DNA of 63,983 nucleotides, filler included, from Reclinomonas americana ATCC 50394 (Eukaryota): NCBI GenBank assembly GCA_048213135.1. It is 6 parts of 4 records of this genome, joined end to end, with 100 filler letters (N's around TTAATTAATTAA, not from the genome) between each part and the next. Parts side by side here need not be neighbours in the genome. Positions count along the whole stretch, not along the records: positions 54,516 to 60,603 come from PS015236.1; positions 60,704 to 62,871 come from PS015240.1; positions 62,972 to 63,983 come from PS015253.1; 3 more parts are not named here. One strand, 5' to 3'. Shown piece by piece: positions 54,516 to 63,983 of this stretch (position 1 is its first letter; each line of letters starts with the position of its first letter). The notes under the pieces were generated by a model. It saw only the letters and a program-made list of their open reading frames with translations, ran no database searches and was not told where the DNA came from. The position numbers and the translations under genes were made by a program.

Positions 54516-55571
54516 GCCTCCTCCTGCGCCTCCTGTGCCAGTGTCGACAACTCCCGTGTTTCCTGCGCGATCAGTGGCCGCTGTGGTGCAACGAGCTGCT
54601 GCTGCTGCGCCACTGATCCCCGAGACTGAGCAGCTGCTGTTGCGTGGAGAGCGAGAGAGAGCGTCGACTGTGGATTTGACAGTTGTCTTACTCGATGTGT
54701 CTGGAGGTAGAGTGCCGCCGCATCCCGACACGCCACGGATGCTTGTTTCGCGTCGACAGGAGGGCAATGCACTGCTGCGCTTCTTCCGATCGCGTGTCGC
54801 GTATCAGTTTGCGAACTTGTTGGCGGATTTCGTCGTCGGCGTCAGCCACTGTGTGCTGTTCCTGTCGGTGCGCTATCACGCCACCAACCCGTCGTACATT
54901 CAGAACCGCATTCGTGCGTTGGATCGGCACTACCGCTCGCGTGTGCTACTGGTGCACGTCGACCAGCCGAACTTTGAGCGGGTGCTGTGCGATCTGAACG
55001 CGCTGGCCCTCGGTCGCAACATGACGCTCATCTTGTCGTGGAGTCTGGCCGAGGCCGCGCGCTACATTGAGACCATGAAGGCGTATCAGGGCCGCAACGC
55101 CGAGGCCATCCAGGAGCGGCTGGAGGACGACCCGGCCTCGCGTATCTCCGAGTGCCTCACGGCGGTGCGCTCGGTCAACAAGACCGACGCCGTCACGCTC
55201 GTCACCAACTTTGGAGTTGCGTCGTCTCTTTTTGGGAGGCAAGTGACGTGGGTGTGTGTCACTGATGGGGTGGGGGAGTGCAGAGTTTGCGCAAGATCTC
55301 CGAGGCCAGCGTGGAGCAGCTGGCCATGTGCCCGGGCTTCGGGCCGAAGAAAGTGCGTCGTCTGTACGAGAGCCTGCACGACCCGATCACTGGCGAGGCG
55401 AGAATGGCGCTGAAGCGGCGGCGCTTGGAGAGCGCCACGGGCGGCATGAGCCAGTCGCGGCTGGACGACACCACGCGGCGCGGCAAACGAGGTGAGGCGG
55501 CGACGACGGCGGCCGATGCCGACGAAGGGGAAGGAGAAGAGGAGACGCTGGCGTCGGATACCGAGTCATGA
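54516..55571 (+). CDS. ERCC1: DNA excision repair protein ERCC1/Rad10 (5' partial)
   Basis: GNALL...ADFVVG...VLFLSVRYH...YI...RVLLVHVD...TLILSWSLAEAARYIETMK; tandem HhH region LTAVRSVNKTDAVTLVTNFG/SL...LAMCPGFGPKKVRRLYESLHDP; intron 55216-55283. Confidence 0.95.
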
Positions 55572-56195
55572 ATTGGTTGTTTTTCAACTTTATCAAGGCT
55601 TCCCATCCACTGCTTTTTGTTTTTGGTCTTTTTCTGAAACTGGTGACACATACACACACACACACATCGACTCGGATGACGCAACACAAAAAAGGAAGAG
55701 CAACTGGAAAGGGGGGGCGACAGGATGCAGGAAAATCGAATCATCGACAAGACAGTTTTTTGCACAGAGAGCTGGAGGACAAAAGGATAGAGCACACACA
55801 CACANNNNNNNNNNNNNNNNNNNNNNNNNNNNNNNNNNNNNNNNNNNNNNNNNNNNNNNNNNNNNNNNNNNNNNNNNNNNNNNNNNNNNNNNNNNNNNNN
55901 NNNNNNNNNNNNNNNNNNNNNNNNNNNNNNNNNNNNNNNNNNNNNNNNNNNNNNNNNNNNNNNNNNNNNNNNNNNNNNNNNNNNNNNNNNNNNNNNNNNN
56001 NNNNNNNNNNNNNNNNNNNNNNNNNNNNNNNNNNNNNNNNNNNNNNNNNNNNNNNNNNNNNNNNNNNNNNNNNNNNNNNNNNNNNNNNNNNNNNNNNNNN
56101 NNNNNNNNNNNNNNNNNNNNNNNNNNNNNNNNNNNNNNNNNNNNNNNNNNNNNNNNNNNNNNNNNNNNNNNNNNNNNNNNNNNNNNNNNNNNNNG

Positions 56196-56469
56196 GAGGA
56201 GGCACAACAGCGTCCACTGCTGCTCGTCTTCTCGCCACCTCATACGCATCCTCCACGTGCTCTTCTGCATCACCCTCGCCAACACCAATCGCGCGCAGAA
56301 TGGCACTGGAGCTCCGACTCCGCGGAATCGCCGACGTTGTCTGCTGTTGCTGCTGCTGTCTCTGCTGTCGATATGCATCAAAGGCAGCAGGTGGTGCAAC
56401 TGCTGCCTGCTGCTCTCCTTCCTCCTCCCCCTCATCGTCCAGTCGCGGAACAGTCAGCCCACGTCGCAT
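56196..56469 (-). CDS. N-terminal fragment of an unknown protein (runs into a gap)
   Basis: Open frame MRRGLTVPRLDDEGEEEGEQQAAV..., divergent from the TRAF-like gene. Confidence 0.3.
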
Positions 56470-56538
56470 GCTCTCACAACAACGAAAAGAGTGTCCGCGC
56501 GTCCTCTTTCTGTTTGTCACCCCCTTCCTCTCCCTCGG

Positions 56539-59285
56539 ATGTCTGCGCCAGCACCGCGTATTGGCGCACTGCTTGCCGACGCAGCCATTCCGCTCGTTGA
56601 GGAGACAGTGGCGCTGTCTGCGTCAGAGGGGAACAGCACGTTTCTGGTGGTGAATGAGTTGCGGCGACCGAGTGTGTCGGCGAGTGCACAGTGGGCGGTG
56701 CCTGCGCGTGTGTGGATGGAGCATGTGGAGGTCGAGTCGCGTCGCTCAGCGCACGACTATGAGTGCAAGACGTGTGGAGTTGAGAATGAGATGATGATGA
56801 TGACGCACAATCAATCGAACTCTGTGCCTGACACGCAAAAAAACGCAGGATTTGTGTGCCACTGACTTTGTCTTGTGTTGTCGCGGAGAGCACTATTTGT
56901 GTCGGTATGGAATCATCAATCTGTGCGTTCGCATTTAATGTATGCGAGTGAGATATTGATTGGTGGGTGCAGGGAGCATGTGACTGGCACAGTGGAGGGA
57001 CGTGATTGGTGTGGCGGATGCGGTAAGACGACTCCGAGCACGGCGATTGCGGCGTTGCCGGCGGTGCGTCGCACGTACGACAATCTGGAGATCAAATGCC
57101 CGCAGCCGCACTGTCGACGATCCATGGTCTGCTGCTGCTGCTGCTGCTGCTGCTGTGTCTCTTCTCGTGACCACTGATGATACTGACATGTCTGGTCAGA
57201 CCATGGGCGAGTACTATCGCGTGCATGCGATGTCGGTGTGCACGTATGCGTGCGAGTGCTGCGGGGCGCTGTTGCCGCTGAATGTGATGGAGGAGCACAT
57301 GTGGAGCGAGTGCTTGCGCGAGTGTCCGCTTGGGTGCGGATCGCGCGTGTCGCTGAGTCGCTTGGAGCAGCACAGTCGCGAGGAGTGTCCGCGTGAGTGT
57401 CCGCGGCAGTGTGGCGTTCGGTGTCCACTGTCTCGTATGCGGTTGCATGTGGGTGCGTGTGTGCGGGGACCTGTCTGCTTCTTGCTTTTTTCCCGATGCT
57501 CAAGTGATGGATGAGACTAGGTGAGGAGTGTGGACTGCGACCGGTGGTCTGTCGGGCGGCCGATCTCGACTGTGCATGGCGTGGTCCGTGGCGGGACGCG
57601 GCGGAGCATGAGCGGACCTGCAATGTGCTTCAGTGTGAAGGACCCATTCGCGCGGTGTGTGATCAATGCTCCCCACTGTGAGAGACCGACACCTGCTCAT
57701 GTGTAGTTGCCGGTGCACAGCTCAAGGCCCGTGTCACGGATCTCGAAAAGTACATTTTGGATCTGGAGGACGGCATGATTGTTGTGCGAGCTCAGCTGGT
57801 CTCGGAGACCGAGCATGCCAGCAAGGAGATTGAGCGCAGCCGGAAGCTGGAGGAGGAGTTGGCGGTGGAGCGGCAGATGCGTATTGACTTGCAGCAGCAG
57901 GTTCTGCAGTTGCACGAGCAACTAGCACGGCGATCAGCGGCGGCCGCAGCCTCGCCACCACCTCAGAGAAACCACGGCAGCCCCAGTCAAGTTGCGTGCT
58001 GAGCTGCTGTTCTGGAGGTGTGAGAGTGTTGAAAGTCACGCTCGTCTCCTCTTGCAATGCAGTCGGGACCATCATCACCACGCCCTGCCGATCACACTGT
58101 GCGTAGTGGTCGTCTTTGTTGTCCAGGTTTCCGTGAATTCTCATCACCCCCCTCCCGATGCAGTCGCCGGGATCGAGTGTGGGTCTGGCGCCAAAGAACA
58201 AGGCCATTGCCGCCGCCGCCGCTGCTGCCAGCAGTCCATTTGTGGCTGCGGCAGTCGCCGGGAACGGAGCCTATTATTTTGACGGTCAGCTGTACTTGTG
58301 GGTTGAGGGTGCAGCGAACGAGGCCGATGCGGCGGCCATTGTTGCCAATCGGGTGCGTTTCCCTTTATCTTCCCTCTCTCCAGTCTTCGTCTTGTGCTGA
58401 CTCGTTTAATTGGAAACTTGCAGAACAAGAGAGAACAAGCCACACGAGTAGAGGTGCGTTGCCTGTGATCAAATCCTCGCTTGAGGGTTGGTTTCCCCCA
58501 TCGTCTCACCAATGTGTCGTGCGCAGGAGGAGGCTGTGCTCAAGGCCGCCGCTGCGGCGTCGGCAGAGCAAGTAAGCGTATGCCGTTGTCCTGAATGTCT
58601 GCGCGTGATCCTCCCGCGTCTCTCACACGTCACGCAGGTGGCGGCCTACGAGATTGCCAAGAGGCGGCAGGAGGAGCGCGAAATTATCGTCACACTAGAC
58701 AAGCACAATAAGCCGAACGAGTGGTACATTATCGCGGTGGCCTGGCTGGACCTGTGGAAGCGTTTTGTCAATGGCGAGACCGACGTACCACCCGGGCCAG
58801 TCAACAACGACATTCTGCTGTCCCCAGATGGACGACCAAGGCCGGGCCTCACCAAGGCCGTGAATTATCGGGCCGTCAATCGCGAGGTGCGACNNNNNNN
58901 NNNNNNNNNNNNNNNNNNNNNNNNNNNNNNNNNNNNNNNNNNNNNNNNNNNNNNNNNNNNNNNNNNNNNNNNNNNNNNNNNNNNNNNNNNNNNNNNNNNN
59001 NNNNNNNNNNNNNNNNNNNNNNNNNNNNNNNNNNNNNNNNNNNNNNNNNNNNNNNNNNNNNNNNNNNNNNNNNNNNNNNNNNNNNNNNNNNNNNNNNNNN
59101 NNNNNNNNNNNNNNNNNNNNNNNNNNNNNNNNNNNNNNNNNNNNNNNNNNNGCATGTGCTTTCTTCTCCTTGGTTTCGCTTTGCCGCTTCTCACGAGATT
59201 CACGCAGGTGTGGAGCTTCTTTATCCATCGCTACGGAGGCGGTCCGCCCATTGTGCGAACCGTGATCGATCTGTATGCTGCATGA
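56539..59285 (+). CDS. RING-like/TRAF-type zinc-finger, coiled-coil and C-terminal DUSP domain protein
   Basis: DNLEIKCPQPHC; CECCG...MEEHMWSECLRECPLGCGSRVSLSRLEQHSREECP (TRAF zinc fingers); coiled coil; WYIIAVAWLDLWKRFV...PPGPVNNDILL...L...NYRAVNREVWSFFIHRYGGGPPIVR (DUSP). Confidence 0.7.
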
Positions 59286-59465
59286 AGAGGAGAAACCATT
59301 CTGCGTACACGTGCCCTTTTGCATTTCATTCGCAGCTCAGGTGCTGGTCTCGCGAGGGAAGCGATCATGGACACTTGACGTGGATAATGTTGGGATTCTC
59401 CTTGTAGGCCTCGAGTGACACCATCTGCATCCCCCAAATGAGTGAGTGATCAAGCAAATACATGA

Positions 59466-60467
59466 TCAGCGAGCGCGACAACGAACCATCTTTCGGAAGG
59501 TGCCGAGCGAGCCGAGAATCGACGCACCAATCCACGCCGACTTTTTCCTGTCCGACGGGGCCTTCACCTCGATCGGCACCTCCAGGTTGGCAAACGACTG
59601 CGACAACTCGTGCTCCAATCGCTGTGGAAGGCCAGGGAAGAGACTGCCGCCGCCCGACAGCACCACATGCCGCAGCACTTGCGGTTGTGTGTCAATGTCG
59701 AGTTTCTCCACAGCTCTCCGCACNNNNNNNNNNNNNNNNNNNNNNNNNNNNNNNNNNNNNNNNNNNNNNNNNNNNNNNNNNNNNNNNNNNNNNNNNNNNN
59801 NNNNNNNNNNNNNNNNNNNNNNNNNNNNNNNNNNNNNNNNNNNNNNNNNNNNNNNNNNNNNNNNNNNNNNNNNNNNNNNNNNNNNNNNNNNNNNNNNNNN
59901 NNNNNNNNNNNNNNNNNNNNNNNNNNNNNNNNNNNNNNNNNNNNNNNNNNNNTACTCGTCGGGCTGCTTGAGCTCGGGGAACACAATGCCCGAGCCTCCG
60001 GCACGACCGGCGGCCGCGCGACCTGCCACTGTCCCTTCCGACAGCGGAGGTGGCGGCGGCACAAAGCACAAGTTCTCCTTGATGTGATGCACCAGCTGAA
60101 TGCGCTCAAACAAGGCGCGCACCTCTGGCGTGTAATCGCGACTGGCCAGCAAACCCTTCTGCAACGCCTCCGACACATCGCGCCCGCCCCGCCGTGTGCG
60201 CACACCCGCATGCCGAATGGCATGGCCCTGGAAGATCGGCACCACCTCCGTCATCGAATCGCCAATCTGCACCACCGTGCCAGTGGCCTCGCCAATCGAG
60301 AAGAGCGCGCACACCGAGCGATGCGCAATGTACAACTTCGGCACCTGGAACTTGGTAAACAGCAGCTCCGCCACCGCAGTGCGGCACGAGTTGTTGGAGA
60401 GCGTGTTCTCCAGCCATATGACCGGATGCTGCTTCGGATTGACATCGAGCTCCTTGAACACCGTCTG
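59466..60467 (-). CDS. Actin-related protein (divergent; 5' partial, internal gap)
   Basis: QHPVIWLE...AELLFTKFQVPKLYIA...ALFSIGEATGTVVQIGDSMTEVVPIFQGHAI...GGRDVS...IKENLCFV...VVLSGGGSLFPGLPQRLEHEL...DRKKSAWIGASILGSLGTF. Confidence 0.88.
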   Translation of the reverse strand, partial: QTVFKELDVNPKQHPVIWLENTLSNNSCRTAVAELLFTKFQVPKLYIAHRSVCALFSIGEATGTVVQIGDSMTEVVPIFQGHAIRHAGVRTRRGGRDVSEALQKGLLASRDYTPEVRALFERIQLVHHIKENLCFVPPPPPLSEGTVAGRAAAGRAGGSGIVFPELKQPDEXXXXXXXXXXXXXXXXXXXXXXXXXXXXXXXXXXXXXXXXXXXXXXXXXXXXXXXXXXXXXXXXXXXXXXXXXXXXXVRRAVEKLDIDTQPQVLRHVVLSGGGSLFPGLPQRLEHELSQSFANLEVPIEVKAPSDRKKSAWIGASILGSLGTFRKMVRCRAR

Positions 60468-60510
60468 ACTGCTCACCGCAAGCGAAGAAAGCAAGTTACT
60501 AACTAAAGCG

Positions 60511-60563
<53 letters not shown>

Positions 60564-60703
60564 TTTCTCTTGTCTCGTCATTCTCATTCTCGCCGTCTCT
60601 GCGNNNNNNNNNNNNNNNNNNNNNNNNNNNNNNNNNNNNNNNNNNNNTTAATTAATTAANNNNNNNNNNNNNNNNNNNNNNNNNNNNNNNNNNNNNNNNN
60701 NNN

Positions 60704-61022
60704 CCTCGAGTACCTGTGGACAGTGGAACCGCGTCTGGCCGCACAGACCGACTCGCGCGGCTGGACGGCGCTCATGGCGGCTGCGGACGCCGGACACGTC
60801 GGCGTCGTCGAGTGGCTGCTGGCGCGGTGCGACGTCGACGTTGCGCTGGCCACGACGCGCGAGTACCGGCAGACGGCGTTGCATTGGGCGGCGGCTCGCG
60901 GACATGAGGAGGTGGCGGTGGTGTTGGCTGAGGCGCGACCGGAGCTGCTGGGCATGGTCGATAAGCGCGGGAAAACGCCGGCGCAAATGGCCAGGGAGTG
61001 CGGCAAACTCAATGTGGCCAGT
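60704..61022 (+). CDS. Ankyrin-repeat protein fragment
   Basis: DSRGWTALMAAADAGHVGVVEWLL; QTALHWAAARGHEEVAVVL; DKRGKTPAQMA. Confidence 0.85.
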
Positions 61023-62817
61023 NNNNNNNNNNNNNNNNNNNNNNNNNNNNNNNNNNNNNNNNNNNNNNNNNNNNNNNNNNNNNNNNNNNNNNNNNNNNNN
61101 NNNNNNNNNNNNNNNNNNNNNNNNNNNNNNNNNNNNNNNNNNNNNNNNNNNNNNNNNNNNNNNNNNNNNNNNNNNNNNNNNNNNNNNNNNNNNNNNNNNN
61201 NNNNNNNNNNNNNNNNNNNNNNNNNNNNNNNNNNNNNNNNNNNNNNNNNNNNNNNNNNNNNNNNNNNNNNNNNNNNNNNNNNNNNNNNNNNNNNNNNNNN
61301 NNNNNNNNNNNNNNNNNNNNNNNNNNNNNNNNNNNNNNNNNNNNNNNNNNNNNNNNNNNNNNNNNNNNNNNNNNNNNNNNNNNNNNNNNNNNNNNNNNNN
61401 NNNNNNNNNNNNNNNNNNNNNNNNNNNNNNNNNNNNNNNNNNNNNNNNNNNNNNNNNNNNNNNNNNNNNNNNNNNNNNNNNNNNNNNNNNNNNNNNNNNN
61501 NNNNNNNNNNNNNNNNNNNNNNNNNNNNNNNNNNNNNNNNNNNNNNNNNNNNNNNNNNNNNNNNNNNNNNNNNNNNNNNACGGGCAGGTGGTTGTGCAGG
61601 GCGGCGCAGTGGAAGGCGGAGCGATTGTCCTCCGGGTCGAGGGTGGTCAGGAGAGAGGCGGCGCCGTGGCGGGTGACGAAGCGGCGGAGAGGGCGGAGGA
61701 GGCCTTGGGAGGCGAGATCGCAGGGGTGCGGTGAGGAGGAGCTGCGGGAGGTAGAGGGGGGAGGAGAGGCAAAGAGGGAAAGAGGGGAAAGAGTGAGCTT
61801 CTTCTTCTTTCTCTTTTGCTTTGTCCTCTCTTCTCAGTGAGTGAGGTGAGGCACGAACCATGACGCTCCCATGTGGAGAGAGAGAGTGAGTGGGGAAGAG
61901 TTTGTCCTGCAGCATGCAATGCAATGCGGACGTTGATCGAAGGCTTGAGGTGGTGGTGGTGCTTAAGGAGGAGGGGAGGGTGTGTGAGGAAGGTGGTGGG
62001 TAGAGTAAACTGCAACAGAAATAATCACGCAAGATGCGACAAAAACGTCGACGTCGAGATTCGACTTTTTCTGCATCGCACTGTTGCTCTTCGGATTTTG
62101 CATAGTATGAACGGCCTATAGTGCACCCGCATGTGTGCAGTGGCATCGATGTCGAAGCTTCTCGGGTTGCGGAAGAGCGACTGCAACAAAAACAGAGCGA
62201 ACAGCGAACACAGTGAATCAGAATTCGAAACCAGCCTACAAAACGATCTCGTAAGCTCTGCAACACTCACGGTCAGAGCTGCAATACGAGAGGCCGCGAG
62301 AGCAACCTCGCACATGCGCTTTTTAGTTTTCGATGAACGTCGCGAACGAATGATCGACTCAGAAACCAGCATGTAAAGGCCCAGATCGATCTCGCAGGTC
62401 AGACCATCTCGCAGGCCTTGCAGCACAGCTGACATGAGTGGCCATGAGAACAGCCACACGCTTTTTAATTTTCGAATTCGACGAATTCGAACGTCGCGAA
62501 CGAATGAATCGCAGAACCCAGCCTTCACAAGGTCGACGTCACAGGCAACACAGCACCCGAGGGCACAGCTGCAACGCCAAGAGAGCAACCTCACGCTTTT
62601 TTTCCAACGAGCGAACGAACGAACGAATCGCGGAAACCAAATATCAAACATGGGCGACACGGGCAGCGATGTTGCGTTTCTCTCCCACTCTGTCTCTGTA
62701 TGAGTGCCTGCCTCACTCACCTTTTCTCTCTGCCACAGCTCTCTGCGGCTTTTGATGCGGGAATCAACGCGGCCGAGGGCCGACTGAACCCTCGTTGAGT
62801 CTTCTATCTCTCTCTCT

Positions 62818-62871
<54 letters not shown>

Positions 62872-62971
62872 NNNNNNNNNNNNNNNNNNNNNNNNNNNNN
62901 NNNNNNNNNNNNNNNTTAATTAATTAANNNNNNNNNNNNNNNNNNNNNNNNNNNNNNNNNNNNNNNNNNNN

Positions 62972-63021
<50 letters not shown>

Positions 63022-63588
63022 TGAATGGTCACTGAACAGATGGCGCCTAGGCTTCGACCCTGATGTGCACACACACTGTGAGCTCACACGCACGCGCTCA
63101 GAGGGAGGAGAGGAGACACCAACTCACCTCTGTCTCTGACAAGCCGCATTCGCCAAGCACATGCCACACTTCCCCATCGACTCCCGCGGGTAATTCAGAG
63201 GCTGCGTGAGAAGAGTAAAGAAAGTGAGCATGTGTAAGAGAAGAGAGAGACAGAGAGGGCGACGCACGCGCGCTCATTTCGTTGCGATTGACGTCGACTG
63301 TCCTGTTCTTCTCCATTGTGCTTAGCATTCACTGGAAGGCACAGACAAATCACTCATGTGTTGCAGATAATAGCGCCTTGTGTTCGCGCACGAGAGACGG
63401 CGCTTCGAGAGCAGATTGCGTCGACGTCGACGTCGATCTCGCTCAGCAGTTCCAGCTCGTGCCGCGTGCGCGATGTGATGCAGAAAGCACTAATCGTCCA
63501 CCTCCACACCTCCACGACAAAACACACAGCCGTGCAGTCATGTACGCAGAGTGAGTGATAGTCACTTGTCCCACACTCCTTTATCGAC

Positions 63589-63983
63589 ATGACTCCACGC
63601 ACAGCCACCCTCGCTCTCGTCATCACTGCGCTGCTGCTTGTCATCAGCCTGCACGACGCACGCGCCTTGCAGCGCGAGCCCACCGCCAGCTCCTTCTCCC
63701 TCTCCAATGTCTTTGGCGACAACATGGTCCTCCAACGCGCGCCTCAGCAGGCCGTGGTGTGGGGCTGGGCCGCCGCTGGTGTCACCGTCACCGCCTCTCT
63801 CGACGGGAAGCAAGTGGGCAACGTGGCAGTGGCCGGCGCCGACAATGTCTGGCGTGTGATCCTCCCCGCCATGCCCGCCTCGCCCGCCTCCGCCGCCACC
63901 GGCCACGTGCTGTCGTTCAGCTCGTCGGATGGTGGATCGGCGGTGCTGCACGATGTCTTGTTTGGCGATGTCTACCTTTGCGG
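63589..63983 (+). CDS. Secreted sialate O-acetylesterase-like protein (3' partial)
   Basis: Signal peptide MTPRTATLALVITALLLVISL, then LSNVFGDNMVLQRAPQQAVVWGWA...WRVILPAMPA...LHDVLFGDVYLC, the characteristic SIAE N-terminus. Not in the ORF track. Confidence 0.85.
   Translation, partial: MTPRTATLALVITALLLVISLHDARALQREPTASSFSLSNVFGDNMVLQRAPQQAVVWGWAAAGVTVTASLDGKQVGNVAVAGADNVWRVILPAMPASPASAATGHVLSFSSSDGGSAVLHDVLFGDVYLC

Noticed and set aside
62025-63330. Possible minus-strand multi-exon gene
   Set aside because: Some splice-like signals, but no recognisable product and a contig linker interrupts it; not supportable.

Overview
Draft-assembly window from an intron-rich, microsatellite-rich unicellular eukaryote; the species cannot be identified from the sequence. 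It has many N-gaps and six N-TTAATTAATTAA-N contig linkers, so adjacency across linkers is not guaranteed. Recognisable genes: SmD3, ERCC1, an actin-related protein, an ankyrin fragment, a secreted sialate O-acetylesterase-like protein, a GPS-motif/polycystin-1-like membrane protein, a RING/TRAF-zinc-finger protein ending in a DUSP domain, two coiled-coil proteins, a 4-TM protein and a giant type-I surface protein built from repeated Cys-paired Ig-like modules. The most interesting items: (1) a family of multi-exon microprotein genes (about 43-71 aa) with a tiny M-E/M-D first exon, a Pro-rich middle and a shared Trp-containing C-terminal motif, not resolved by the ORF track; (2) the terminal exon of a heliorhodopsin (SFVAK retinal-lysine helix), missed by the ORF track; (3) a tandem array of five intronless 7-blade WD40 genes plus a pseudogene, with variable top-face residues, mosaic blades and a conserved F-box/SOCS-like C-terminal tail; (4) recurrent GTTGCG splice donors and two short dispersed repeat families. 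All gene models were spliced by eye.
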